A stretch of 49,415 nt of DNA, from IMG/VR virus record IMGVR_UViG_3300042934_001053, positions 1-49,415 of that record, one strand, 5' to 3'. The notes beneath the pieces are model-generated. The model had not been told where the DNA came from. It saw only the letters and a program-made list of their open reading frames with translations, and searched no databases. Positions within the stretch are counted from its first letter, which is position 1. Every line of letters begins with the position of its first letter. This document shows positions 1 through 9,410 of this stretch, piece after piece. This DNA is from a virus. Position numbers and translations under genes: made by a program.

Positions 1-127
1 TTTGTTCATAACTCCACCGAGGAATCCAGTAATATAATCAAGGACCATGAAAAGAATAAGCACCCCTAGAGCTGTATCCCATGCTCCAAAGATAAAGGTG
101 AACCATGTCCCAACTAATGCTGCTATT
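1..127. repeat. Terminal direct repeat, identical to 49289..49415 (circular closure or assembly overlap)
   Basis: I aligned TTTGTTCATAACTCCACCGAGG...CTAATGCTGCTATT at both ends of the window by eye and saw no mismatch. Confidence 0.95.
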
Positions 128-150
128 GAGTTAATAGTTTCTTTTTTCAT
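1..150 (-). CDS. Holin, 5' portion (same gene as 49034..49415, read across the circular junction)
   Basis: The ATG is at 148-150 (minus strand) and is preceded by GGAGGT (161-166). It encodes MKKETINSIAALVGTWFTFIFGAWDTALGVLILFMVLDYITG..., which continues the ORF truncated at 49415. Confidence 0.8.
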   Translation of the reverse strand, partial: MKKETINSIAALVGTWFTFIFGAWDTALGVLILFMVLDYITGFLGGVMNK

Positions 151-267
151 GATTTTACTTACCTCCAAATTTTATTTTAAAATAAAAAGCACCCTATCTT
201 TAGAGCGCTTGCTAAGTTATAGTCTTCAAAAATATTATGCTTTATTTAAAATAGTAACAAGGTATTT

Positions 268-1059
268 TTATAAACACGTTTTAGCAAAATTTTGTCCGAA
301 ATCATTTATAAGCAGAACTTCTTCAGTTGATTTAATATATAAACTTAATTCAGGATTGTATTTTTTTAATAGTTCAAATTGATTTTGTATAAATTTATGA
401 TCTACGAGCTTTTTATAATCGTATCCTATTATGCTACTTGTCTCTCTATGAGTAATTAAGCCCAGTCTACACAAATTTTCCAAACTAGACGAAATTAAAA
501 ACGGGTCATAATCCTCGTTTATGTCTGGAGCAAATATTTTAGGTATTGCAAAAGAGAAAATTTTGTCACCAAATCCTATTTGTATTCTGGAACATGGAAT
601 TGAATTAAGTTTAGACATATTTTTAAAAACTATAGCATCTAACTGACTCATTTGTTTAATAATTTCTACGTAACCTGGATGCGAAAATATAACCGTATCG
701 CTACTCATTGAAGAAGATATTAAGTTCATATACATTTCTCGAAGTTCTTGTGTATCGAAAGTGTACTTTAAAGCTTCTATAGTTGGCCCAGCGATATTTA
801 AAGGTGGTTCTATTAATTTCTCAGCTGGTATTGTTGCTATTTTTCGCCATAAGTCCTGCTCGAATTGTTCTAACTTATATTTAAATGTAATGTTGGCCTT
901 CTTAATAGGATACAATACTACATTATTGAATAGTCCAACAATTGCTTGTAAAGCTTCTCCACTTTCTTTTGTTACGGGTTTCAGCCCATCATCGTATATA
1001 TCCTTTGAGCGCTCCTTAAGTACCTCTACTATTGCATCCTGCATTTGATTTTCACTCAT
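268..1059 (-). CDS. Abi-alpha / DUF4393-like protein (abortive-infection-type)
   Basis: 263-aa ORF. The N-terminal KDIYDDGLKPVTKESGEAL... and the overall size recall Pfam Abi_alpha (PF14337). It sits between the XkdX-like gene and the holin and has its own promoter. Confidence 0.5.
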   Translation of the reverse strand: MSENQMQDAIVEVLKERSKDIYDDGLKPVTKESGEALQAIVGLFNNVVLYPIKKANITFKYKLEQFEQDLWRKIATIPAEKLIEPPLNIAGPTIEALKYTFDTQELREMYMNLISSSMSSDTVIFSHPGYVEIIKQMSQLDAIVFKNMSKLNSIPCSRIQIGFGDKIFSFAIPKIFAPDINEDYDPFLISSSLENLCRLGLITHRETSSIIGYDYKKLVDHKFIQNQFELLKKYNPELSLYIKSTEEVLLINDFGQNFAKTCL

Positions 1060-1104
1060 GATAAATCCCCCTCATAGCAAATCATGTTAAATTATTACAA
1101 ATAT

Positions 1105-1113
1105 ATTGTAACA
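1105..1113 (-). promoter_or_regulatory. Extended -10 promoter (TGTTACAAT) upstream of the Abi-alpha-like gene
   Basis: The minus strand reads AATGTTACAATAT about 45 nt upstream of the ATG at 1059. Confidence 0.4.
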
Positions 1114-1171
1114 TTAACATATTTGTACATGAAATACAATATTTCACGAGTACTTGGTTCGTCCTATTTTC

Positions 1172-1345
1172 CTATTGTGCAGCAACCTTAGCTGCTTCTT
1201 TTGCTTCAAGTAATGCAACTAACTCATTGTACTGAGCTTCAGTAATTCTTCCATTGAGAAGAAATACATCAAGTTTAATCACCATATCTTCTTTAGTCCC
1301 ATATGTTCCATTTTCAATTACTTTTTTACAATAAGTATATGTCAT
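1172..1345 (-). CDS. XkdX-family small phage protein
   Basis: 57-aa ORF not in the supplied track: MTYTYCKKVIENGTYGTKEDMVIKLDVFLLNGRITEAQYNELVALLEAKEAAKVAAQ. The ...NGRITEAQYNEL motif and the position after the tail fibres match XkdX (PF09693). Confidence 0.65.
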   Translation of the reverse strand: MTYTYCKKVIENGTYGTKEDMVIKLDVFLLNGRITEAQYNELVALLEAKEAAKVAAQ

Positions 1346-1358
1346 ATCTAATTCCCTC

Positions 1359-1700
1359 CTATAATCCTAGTTCTAATATTGAAAGCCTAAAGTCCATATC
1401 TAGGCTATAATTAATTTGCATATCTAAATCTTGTTTTAAGTTCTGAATTTCTTCTGATTGAGTTATATATCCTTCAATATCTATTAATTCTTGAGTTAGT
1501 CCACTAGCTGGTGAATATTTCTTAACTAATTTCTTGCCTGGAGGAACTGGCACTATTGGAATTTTATCTATAAGGTATCCTTCCTCCAGCATCTCTTCTT
1601 CTGTTTTTCCTGTATATAAGGAATACATCTCTGGATCATTATTCTCAAGATATATTGTGCCATCTTCATAAGTCTTAATATAAGTTTTTCCTTTTAGCAT
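1359..1700 (-). CDS. Hypothetical tail-fibre-associated protein (at the XkdW position)
   Basis: 113-aa ORF tightly packed between the fibre gene and the XkdX-like gene. The call is based on position only. Confidence 0.35.
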   Translation of the reverse strand: MLKGKTYIKTYEDGTIYLENNDPEMYSLYTGKTEEEMLEEGYLIDKIPIVPVPPGKKLVKKYSPASGLTQELIDIEGYITQSEEIQNLKQDLDMQINYSLDMDFRLSILELGL

Positions 1701-1712
1701 GCTTCTTCCTCC

Positions 1713-2885
1713 TTATTGGATTACTAATTTAGGGACTACTTTCCCGTTATGCCCTACTGTAATAAACCTACCATCCCTAAATGCTCTAGGAAATGTAGTT
1801 TCAAATACAGTATTTCCTTCTAAATCGAGTTTTCTTACTATTGCATTTTGCATTGCTATTATTCCATCTGCCACAATCTCCATGTGTTTTATTCCGTTAT
1901 TGCTAGACGTAGCTATATTGGTTTTATAATTAGTCATTATAACAGGGTCATATATTGCCAGCTTGTAGGATGATAAATACCCAGTGGTCATGTATATTTT
2001 CTTATTTGCAGGATGGTATGCAAATGCTCCCACCTGCCAAGCAGTAGTGCTGGACGCTCCTACACCATAGGTTAGTTTAGTATACCCTAAATAGTAGTAC
2101 CAAGTACCAGGCTCAGGAGAATATTCCTTAAGCATAAGTTGTTTACCTGTACCAAAATCTTCAAAGGGTAAGAACATAGGTGGCTCGTCTACCATCTCAT
2201 AACTCATAGATATATCAGAGTTTGTTATAAGGGTAGAAGTCGCGTCTAACTTAACGTAATTTACATGTCCATTAGCACCTTGAACGACGAAGCTTCTTCT
2301 AGATGGATGTGGGTCATATACTACATATTTCAGATATGCACTTGACACAAGATTGGAAGCAAGTAGAGTAATAGTGCCAGCCATGTCCATTGAGGCTAGA
2401 CTGTAAACATAGGCACTTCCATTAAAGTAATCATAGCCAAAGTATATCTTGTTAGTCTCGGGTATATATATTGTATTTGACCTACAGTAAGTGGAAGCTG
2501 GTAGAGAATAATTCGCTATGATAGCTCCAGTTAGCACATTGTACAACCTAAAATTAGTTGTGCTTGTCCTTACAATTAATATTCCATCTGCCGGATTATA
2601 TACAAATACACCATCATCCCAGCCTCCACCTAAGTTTACTGTGGTATCTTGCCACAATATTGTACCTGTAAGTATATTTGCAACTGTAGGGCAATAGTCT
2701 GTAGAAGCAGGATTAAACATAGCTCCAGCTATTAAGTTTGTCTCTATCACTGAACTCTGCCAAGCTAGTTTCCAAGTTCCTGCTACTTTAATAAACACTT
2801 TATCATCAGCTTTCCATGCCCCACTAACTTTAGTGAATAACTTAGCCGTATCCTTCCAGGCTCCTCCCACTTTAAACTTATTCAT
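1713..2885 (-). CDS. Tail fibre / receptor-binding protein
   Basis: 390 aa. The N-terminus has repeated GAWK/GTWK motifs (KVGGAWKD, KVSGAWKAD, KVAGTWKLAW) typical of fibre N-termini. It lies distal to the baseplate genes. Confidence 0.55.
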   Translation of the reverse strand: MNKFKVGGAWKDTAKLFTKVSGAWKADDKVFIKVAGTWKLAWQSSVIETNLIAGAMFNPASTDYCPTVANILTGTILWQDTTVNLGGGWDDGVFVYNPADGILIVRTSTTNFRLYNVLTGAIIANYSLPASTYCRSNTIYIPETNKIYFGYDYFNGSAYVYSLASMDMAGTITLLASNLVSSAYLKYVVYDPHPSRRSFVVQGANGHVNYVKLDATSTLITNSDISMSYEMVDEPPMFLPFEDFGTGKQLMLKEYSPEPGTWYYYLGYTKLTYGVGASSTTAWQVGAFAYHPANKKIYMTTGYLSSYKLAIYDPVIMTNYKTNIATSSNNGIKHMEIVADGIIAMQNAIVRKLDLEGNTVFETTFPRAFRDGRFITVGHNGKVVPKLVIQ

Positions 2886-2896
2886 ACAATCCCTCC

Positions 2897-3829
2897 TTAT
2901 GGTTTGTACTTAATCCAGATGTCCCCATCTTCGCCATCACCTGAGGTGGGGTCTACCGTACTGGTTAGTATACGATATGCTGTGGGGGATGTTATTACAG
3001 TTGCTTTACTTGCTCCCATACTATATCCACCAATCTTTAATTTGTAGTCGGTGTCCATTCCAAAGTAGAAGGCATTCTTACCAGGATAGTGAAACAGCAT
3101 TGTAGGAGGTATTGTAGCAGTACCCTTTACTTCAAATTGTCCCCCTGATGCATCTGTGGGGAATGATTGTCTGCTGGTATCAAAAGTTTTATATCCTGTT
3201 ACTGTTTCTGTGCCTGCTCTAGTGACTACCCTAGCTTCGTTGGAAATGGTAGTCCAAGGGTTCCAAATGTTCCATTGTTGCCCTTTGATGTAAATAGCGT
3301 GTCCATCACACGGAATGAACTGTATTAGTCTATATCCATTCATGCCAGGTACACCAACACCACTTACCGTTATTGTGGCTTCTGTCCATGCAGTAGTGTA
3401 TGGATAATTTTTTGCTGTAGATACAGCTCCATCAACTCTGTAATGCCCTAAAGGTAGAGTTAGTATATCTGTATTTGGATCTATTGCAACAGCTTCTTTA
3501 TTAAACTTAGTAGCCAATTGGGTGTTAACTGATTCCTGATAGGCAGTAAAATCTGCGCTCCCGACTTTTCCTGCAATGGCATTTAATATTGTGGTCCTGA
3601 AGTTAGGATCATCACCTAATGCTGTAGATAATTCTTTAAGTGTATCCAGAGCTCCTGGAGCAGCATTGACTAACTGATTAATCTTTTCATCAGTATATCC
3701 CATAGCTTCAAGTAACTTTGCTATTACTGCATCATCTATACTATCTAGGTTTTGATTCACAATATCTATATCATAGTTTTCATTTCCTGATTGTTTAATT
3801 AATCCTAAATTTTGAGTTTGAGTAGACAA
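2897..3829 (-). CDS. Tail fibre protein
   Basis: 310 aa. It carries the conserved fibre motif NAAPGALDTLKELSTALGDDPNF. Confidence 0.65.
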   Translation of the reverse strand: MSTQTQNLGLIKQSGNENYDIDIVNQNLDSIDDAVIAKLLEAMGYTDEKINQLVNAAPGALDTLKELSTALGDDPNFRTTILNAIAGKVGSADFTAYQESVNTQLATKFNKEAVAIDPNTDILTLPLGHYRVDGAVSTAKNYPYTTAWTEATITVSGVGVPGMNGYRLIQFIPCDGHAIYIKGQQWNIWNPWTTISNEARVVTRAGTETVTGYKTFDTSRQSFPTDASGGQFEVKGTATIPPTMLFHYPGKNAFYFGMDTDYKLKIGGYSMGASKATVITSPTAYRILTSTVDPTSGDGEDGDIWIKYKP

Positions 3830-3842
3830 TTATATCACCTCA

Positions 3843-4379
3843 TTACATAGTTTTTATTTGATCATGAGTGAAAGCCTTCAATTCATTATGCGTATAAATC
3901 TTAAGCATATCATGGGTATTATAGATAAACTCAAAATCAATAGGTTTATGAGCTGGCTTTATTTCTTCCAGGATAGCTTCCAGGTCATTGATATTTGGAG
4001 GTATTCCTTTAAGGCCTGTAAAACTAACTACGATATGACCATTAAAGCTTACATCAACATCACCATTGGTATAGGCATCACAAACAAACTTTATCAGCAT
4101 CCTGTCACATTTCCCTGCTATTCTCATCTTTGATTTTATAACGCTTCTACGATGCTCATATGGCTTTGAATAATCTGTTTTTATTTTCAGTTCTTTCTCA
4201 TAGTAATCAAGGCCCCAGGTGGCAGTATCTATTGATAGCTGCTGTTTAAAATCTTCAATTGCATCATACTTTAACTGAATCTCATAAGCTTCAGCATTTA
4301 TGAGTTCATTGAATAGTTTTGATTTCCTTTCGTATTTTGGCAAGTAACCAATCATTGTATCCTTAAGCAATTGTAACAA
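3843..4379 (-). CDS. Baseplate wedge protein, XkdU / DUF2313-like
   Basis: 178 aa. It follows Baseplate_J, and LPKYERKSKLFNELINAEAYE... recalls DUF2313. Confidence 0.55.
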   Translation of the reverse strand: MLQLLKDTMIGYLPKYERKSKLFNELINAEAYEIQLKYDAIEDFKQQLSIDTATWGLDYYEKELKIKTDYSKPYEHRRSVIKSKMRIAGKCDRMLIKFVCDAYTNGDVDVSFNGHIVVSFTGLKGIPPNINDLEAILEEIKPAHKPIDFEFIYNTHDMLKIYTHNELKAFTHDQIKTM

Positions 4380-5436
4380 CCCCCAACAACGGCACTTCTA
4401 AAGGCAGCACCTGGGACAGTGGAATATTTGAAATGCCACCATTCACAAGAAGATCTGATATATCTAATATTCCGATGCTACCCATAATCGCTGCGCTTAT
4501 TTTTGCATAGCTTATTTGAGGCTCATCTTCATTAAAAGATATAGTCTTGAAATAGTTAGTTATGCTATTTCTTACATTCGCAAGTCTTACTGCATCCGAT
4601 ACAGAATTATCTTTGTCTGCAGTAAAGCTAACATTAACAACCTTTCCGCTTGCACTTTCAACAGTGAGATATAAGCCTATAGAAGCCATTCCATCACCTA
4701 ACCCTGCACTTCCTGGATCTATATACTCTTGAACTTCTTCAACGATCTCATTACTTGCAGGCTGCTTATTTGAGTCTACTATTACAACTTTTGCAGTATC
4801 GTCACCATTCCATAAAGGAAATACTCTTGCATCACCAACTCCAGTTATTTCTTTGGCCCATCCTTTTATTTGTGCCTTATTATTAGATGTGGCAGGAGTT
4901 TGAAGCCTTTCGAAATACCTATCCAGAAGATCTGCATCACTCTCTTGTTCATATCCATTTGTTAATGGAGTAGGGTTTGTTACATTTGCCAATCCTGAAA
5001 GTGTGACAGGAAAATATTTAATGGCACCTGCAGGAACATTACCCACGCTTCCAGGATTTTCACATTCTACTAAAACTTCAGCTTGCCCATTTGAGTCAAG
5101 TATTTTTGATTCTTTGAATATGAAGTTTACAGTATCGCTGGCAACTTTATCATTAATAGTAATGGCTGCTCCTGGTGTGCCTGACACTGTTACAGTAGTA
5201 GTACCATAAGTTGCAAGTTTTCTCTTTAGTCCGGTTCTTTCATAGACTCTTTGAGTAAGCTCGTCACCTTTTAGATTCCTGATATCAAGCTTTGTATTTG
5301 CTTCTTCAATTTTGGTATCTACCTTATCAAGTTCTATATCTACAGCCTTGAAGTTATCGTAATAAAATGAATCTTCATCTTTGACAAATTCATCTGAAAC
5401 TGAAGATAACATTCTATTTAAACGTTCCTCGCTCAT
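4363..5436 (-). CDS. Baseplate J-like protein (XkdT-like)
   Basis: 357 aa. Size, synteny and sequence character fit Baseplate_J (PF04865). Confidence 0.7.
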   Translation of the reverse strand: MSEERLNRMLSSVSDEFVKDEDSFYYDNFKAVDIELDKVDTKIEEANTKLDIRNLKGDELTQRVYERTGLKRKLATYGTTTVTVSGTPGAAITINDKVASDTVNFIFKESKILDSNGQAEVLVECENPGSVGNVPAGAIKYFPVTLSGLANVTNPTPLTNGYEQESDADLLDRYFERLQTPATSNNKAQIKGWAKEITGVGDARVFPLWNGDDTAKVVIVDSNKQPASNEIVEEVQEYIDPGSAGLGDGMASIGLYLTVESASGKVVNVSFTADKDNSVSDAVRLANVRNSITNYFKTISFNEDEPQISYAKISAAIMGSIGILDISDLLVNGGISNIPLSQVLPLEVPLLGVVTIA

Positions 5437-5437
5437 T

Positions 5438-5875
5438 TTAATAGTTCACCCCCTTATCAAAAGCAGCACCATTTTTTAATACAACCCTAAACTTAATTTT
5501 TGCTTTCGGATTGTCTTTTTCAATGCTCCAATTATCCAATCTTTGAATGATAGGCTTTTTTAAAAGAGCTTCAGTAACTTCTCTTTTAACTTCGCTTTCA
5601 ACAAATTCTCTTGGATAGTTGTGCCCCACTAGAAGATCTTGAATTGTGATTCCATATTCAAGTCTTTTATCTTCCTTTTCATAAACTTTGAACTTGAACT
5701 TCTCCGTTCTTAAGACTTTTTCAATGCTAACCTTTAGAGCCTCAATTCCTTCAGCAACTACTGGCCTTCCATCCTTAAGAACAAATTCGCCCTTTACAAA
5801 GTCAAATAAAAAAGACTTCTTAATTGAAGTCTCAGATGTATTTGAAATATTAATTATTTCTGACTGAGGAAACAT
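5438..5875 (-). CDS. Baseplate protein, XkdS / DUF2634-like
   Basis: 145 aa, directly upstream of the Baseplate_J gene as in PBSX. Confidence 0.5.
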   Translation of the reverse strand: MFPQSEIINISNTSETSIKKSFLFDFVKGEFVLKDGRPVVAEGIEALKVSIEKVLRTEKFKFKVYEKEDKRLEYGITIQDLLVGHNYPREFVESEVKREVTEALLKKPIIQRLDNWSIEKDNPKAKIKFRVVLKNGAAFDKGVNY

Positions 5876-6150
5876 TATTCTTTCACCGCCTTATCTATAG
5901 CAAAGAATACCTGTCCATCTGCTGTGGGGATTAATATTACTTCATCACCGGCACTTAATTTATCAGTTAATACTTTGGTCTTTATAGCATCACTTATGAC
6001 CAAGTTTGATTTAGCTGCAGATAATATAATCTTTTCTCCAAGCCTGATAACAATAGGTGAAGTAGTAATTACTTCTCCTGTTGTTACTCCTGGATTAATT
6101 TTATTTTCTCTTTCCTTAAGCATCTTTGCAAATTCAGTTATTCCATCCAT
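5875..6150 (-). CDS. Baseplate spike/plug protein, XkdR / DUF2577-like
   Basis: 91 aa. Its ends overlap both neighbouring genes by one base, consistent with translational coupling, and its synteny matches PBSX. Confidence 0.45.
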   Translation of the reverse strand: MDGITEFAKMLKERENKINPGVTTGEVITTSPIVIRLGEKIILSAAKSNLVISDAIKTKVLTDKLSAGDEVILIPTADGQVFFAIDKAVKE

Positions 6151-7094
6151 TATAACAGCTCCAATCCTACTGACATTCTATTAAAGTTATTTACAAAGTT
6201 ATGGGTGCAATCTTTAATATTATAGAGTCTCTTTATTCCTGTGACTACTTCTGTTATCTCCAGAACTCTATTTGCTCTAACATCATCATTGCCTACAAGC
6301 TCAAGGGATGCTTCTTCACTTACCCTTGCTAATTCCTTTAGCATATTTGCAGCTATATTTTTTGCTTTAGCAACTTCTTTTTCATCGATGCTATAAACCT
6401 CCTGGAGCTTTCCGAATTGGTTTATTAGTGCTGCATCTTGAGATGTTGCTAATGTCTTTATGCTCTTCTCGCCACCTTGAACAACCTTAATTGAATTTCT
6501 CATATTTTCAATGCTTCTGTTGACTGATGGACTAGAAATAAGTTTAGTTATATCTATTGAACTTCCAAAGGCATTGGTAGTAGCTCTAATGATATTAGCT
6601 GTCTTTTCTTCAACATAAAATTTGCCTTCACGCATTTCAAATCTATATTTCTTGCCCTGATCCAGTTCTGCCTGCTTAAGTATTTTGTCTATAGTATCTG
6701 ATAGGCTTTCATAATAGATACGCTTTATCTTTGTTGGAATATGAACTATGCTGCCTATTGGAATATTAAAATCTTTGCAAATTATTCCTATAGCATCTGA
6801 AGCTGTAGTATCAAATTGATATATTTCCTGGTTTTTATTTAAGTAAAAACCAAAGTCAAAGGAATTAAGCTCTTTAGGACCTCTTCCACTCCTGGAGCTT
6901 GCTACTACTACTCCTCTATATAGCTCCCTGGTGTTATGGAATATAATTATGTTGCCCTCAGTGACAATATCTTTATATTCATACTTTAAGTTAAAATCTA
7001 GCCTTTCGGAGATTTCACTTTCAGAGCTGCTTCTCTTTATATATCCAATATAATTTGTTATATCAGTACCATCGCTTTTATATAACCTGTACAT
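6150..7094 (-). CDS. Baseplate hub protein, XkdQ-like
   Basis: 314 aa. The call rests on its position after the tape measure and the XkdP-position gene. Confidence 0.45.
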   Translation of the reverse strand: MYRLYKSDGTDITNYIGYIKRSSSESEISERLDFNLKYEYKDIVTEGNIIIFHNTRELYRGVVVASSRSGRGPKELNSFDFGFYLNKNQEIYQFDTTASDAIGIICKDFNIPIGSIVHIPTKIKRIYYESLSDTIDKILKQAELDQGKKYRFEMREGKFYVEEKTANIIRATTNAFGSSIDITKLISSPSVNRSIENMRNSIKVVQGGEKSIKTLATSQDAALINQFGKLQEVYSIDEKEVAKAKNIAANMLKELARVSEEASLELVGNDDVRANRVLEITEVVTGIKRLYNIKDCTHNFVNNFNRMSVGLELL

Positions 7095-7095
7095 A

Positions 7096-7497
7096 TCACA
7101 CCAACCTGAACTCTGATATAGTCATGATGTAAACTACATCTTTTGAAGCATCTTTAATGCCATATTCAAACTCATCAATTGTTATAGGCATATTTATATT
7201 GGTTTCTGTAATCATTAATCTCATAGGAAGTCCTGAGCTTCTCCAACGCTCTATAATGTCAACATATTCGAAGCCTTTGTAAGTTCTATCTTTTAAAAAT
7301 GGATAGTCCTTAGAAGGAAAAAAAGTGCTTAAAGAAAGAGTTCTAAGTCCTTTTAAGCCTATGGTTTTTAATTCTCCAAGGCTTATAGATTCAAAGATTT
7401 CATTCTTTTGAGGACTTCTTATCATGACTTCAGGTGGAACTACAGGAAGTCTAATGACTTCGCTTCTGTCGTTTGTATATAAGTAAATATCCATCAT
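7096..7497 (-). CDS. Tail/baseplate protein at the XkdP position (no LysM motif seen)
   Basis: 133 aa, immediately downstream of the tape measure gene. Confidence 0.35.
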   Translation of the reverse strand: MMDIYLYTNDRSEVIRLPVVPPEVMIRSPQKNEIFESISLGELKTIGLKGLRTLSLSTFFPSKDYPFLKDRTYKGFEYVDIIERWRSSGLPMRLMITETNINMPITIDEFEYGIKDASKDVVYIMTISEFRLV

Positions 7498-7505
7498 TAA
7501 ACCTC

Positions 7506-9212
7506 CTACATATTTGCTAATGCTAATTTAAGTTCTGGAACTAATTCATTTAATATCTGTCGTGGTGTCATATTGGTTCCATTGATATTCACTACTACTG
7601 TTGGTTTGTTATTATTAGTAGTTGAAATACTATTTCTTCTATTATGAGGATTTTCTGAAGCTCTTACGATGCCTTCGCCTTTATGCAGCTTAGCAGTATA
7701 ACCATCAAAAGGAACATAATCTAAACCACTATAGTGTCGCCCATCAACAGAGCCTTTACTTTGTGAAGAATCTAATTTCTTATTCAACCATCCTGCAATA
7801 GCTCCAGCTTTATCAGCAACCCATCCAAGAGCATCTCCTAGTTTACTTAGAATAGGCTCTACAACACTCCATACGCTTGATGTAATCTCTTTTACATATG
7901 GAAATGCTAGTTGAAATGCTGTAAATACCATCTGAGCTCCACTAGCGATAATACCCCATATAGGCTCTATAATAGGCATAGCTGCGGAAGTTACTGCCTT
8001 AACTGCGCTCCAGGAAGTATCCCACACATCTTTAAAGAAAGTAGCCTTACTAACTATCCAGTCAAACTTGCTGCCTATCTTTGACCAATTATCTCCTATA
8101 AGTTTTGCAAAATCTAAAGCCTTTGTTCCAACAGCGGATAAAACTCCACCAACCTTAGTTGAAAAACTATTGATTTTAGGACTATCTAAGATGTTTATTA
8201 TCCCTTGCAGTAATGGCTTAGATTTTTCAAGCATCCTAATTCCTGCATCTTGGGCCCTGGATGCTAATCTTCCTTTTATAGTTGAAACTAACCCTGATCC
8301 AGTTTGTGAAAGCTTGGCAGCTCCCCCTTCAAATTGAGACTTTAACCTGGTATCAACTATCCCTTTAAAGCCTAGCTTCTTAAATTCTTCAGCACTGACC
8401 TTGGCATTGAACTCCTTCAAACGCTCCATTTCGCCATTCTTGGCATCGGCTAAACTTTCCATTGCGTCTGAAACAGTCTTTCCTGGTGTTAATGCTGCCA
8501 TATCTTCAGCTATCTTTACAAGTTCCATTGCTTCCTTGGTATTTCCACCAGTGATTCCTAAAGCTCTAGTTCCTGCTCTTATAACTTCCTGTGATGTAAA
8601 AGGAGTAACATTAGAATTTTCTCTTAGGTCCTTAAGGAAGCTATCCCTAATTTGAGTTATCCCTGAAGCACTTTTACCTTTATTGTTAATGCCTATAAAA
8701 TGCCCCATGGATACTTGCTGCTTCTCAAGATCTGCTCCACTTTTGAGCATTCCAACACCGGCACCGCCAATTGCGACGCTGGCAGCCAGTGCTACTCCCG
8801 CTGCCGATTTAGCAAGACCTTTCATCTTGCTGCTTACACTTGAGATATTATCTTTAATTTTAATAACAGGAGAAAATACTCTTCTTCCCATGGATTTTAA
8901 TTCATTAACTGTTTTAGTGATTTTTCTGCTTGCCATGTCTTTTAAAGCCATAGCAGTAACTATCTTTTTCCTGAAAGGAGCCATAGCAGTTTTTAGCTTT
9001 GTCATTTCCTTATATGCTCTTGTTGCATCCAGCCTGGCTTCCATCTTCTTTTTAAAAGTTTTTTCTAGCTCTTTCCTTGTAGATGTAATATCCTTTTTAA
9101 AGGCAGATTGTTCTTTTCTAACTCCTCTTAATGTAGCGGACATATTGTCTTTAAGTGTGAGGACTGCACCTATAACATGTTTACCACCTGCCACAGTATC
9201 ACCTCCAAGCAA
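7506..9212 (-). CDS. Tape measure protein
   Basis: 568 aa, Ala/Gly/Lys-rich helical protein downstream of the chaperone pair. The start is uncertain: TTG at 9212, or GTG about 15 nt downstream behind GGAGGT. Confidence 0.8.
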   Translation of the reverse strand: MLGGDTVAGGKHVIGAVLTLKDNMSATLRGVRKEQSAFKKDITSTRKELEKTFKKKMEARLDATRAYKEMTKLKTAMAPFRKKIVTAMALKDMASRKITKTVNELKSMGRRVFSPVIKIKDNISSVSSKMKGLAKSAAGVALAASVAIGGAGVGMLKSGADLEKQQVSMGHFIGINNKGKSASGITQIRDSFLKDLRENSNVTPFTSQEVIRAGTRALGITGGNTKEAMELVKIAEDMAALTPGKTVSDAMESLADAKNGEMERLKEFNAKVSAEEFKKLGFKGIVDTRLKSQFEGGAAKLSQTGSGLVSTIKGRLASRAQDAGIRMLEKSKPLLQGIINILDSPKINSFSTKVGGVLSAVGTKALDFAKLIGDNWSKIGSKFDWIVSKATFFKDVWDTSWSAVKAVTSAAMPIIEPIWGIIASGAQMVFTAFQLAFPYVKEITSSVWSVVEPILSKLGDALGWVADKAGAIAGWLNKKLDSSQSKGSVDGRHYSGLDYVPFDGYTAKLHKGEGIVRASENPHNRRNSISTTNNNKPTVVVNINGTNMTPRQILNELVPELKLALANM

Positions 9213-9224
9213 AAAGCCACCTAG

Positions 9225-9410
9225 TTAAAATAAACTACGTGACTTTATAGCATTTATTTCTTCTACTTTTTCATCAATGGCAAGATCCATACTAGCTTTT
9301 AGAAATAACTTTTCTGAGTACTTTAAATTTAAAAGGTAATCCAAGCTATACCCCTTTTGTACATAATGATGTACAAAGTAAAGCTCTAAATTACCCTTTA
9401 TTAGTTTTTT
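9225..9410 (-). other. Programmed -1 frameshift site (A_AAA_AAC, 9410-9404) and a 59-codon -1 frame extension of the chaperone
   Basis: The zero frame reads ATA AAA AAC TAA. The -1 frame from 9404 is open for 59 codons (LIKGNLELYFVHHYVQKGYSLDYLLNLKYSEKLF...) down to the TAA at 9225-9227 and has no start codon of its own near its beginning. Confidence 0.7.

Noticed and set aside
151-267. A possible terminator between the Abi-alpha-like gene and the holin (AGCA…TGCT followed by TTTTTATTTT on the minus strand).
   Set aside because: The stem has only about 4 contiguous base pairs. A strong terminator here would also cut the holin off from late transcription.
47-382. A 111-aa plus-strand ORF at the window start.
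   Set aside because: It runs antisense across the holin 5' end, the intergenic region and the 3' end of the Abi-alpha-like gene. It has no RBS and a low-complexity product.
8683-9228. A 181-aa plus-strand ORF, together with many similar plus-strand track ORFs antisense to structural genes. Examples are 761-1048, 1699-1929, 3858-4133, 5003-5209, 5924-6184, 8068-8337, 8401-8655, 9822-10055, 12387-12581, 13752-13946, 17715-17981 and 18753-19019.
   Set aside because: All of them lie entirely inside well-supported minus-strand genes. They have no RBS and encode low-complexity Leu/Ser/Phe/Ile-rich strings typical of the antisense frame of AT-rich coding DNA.
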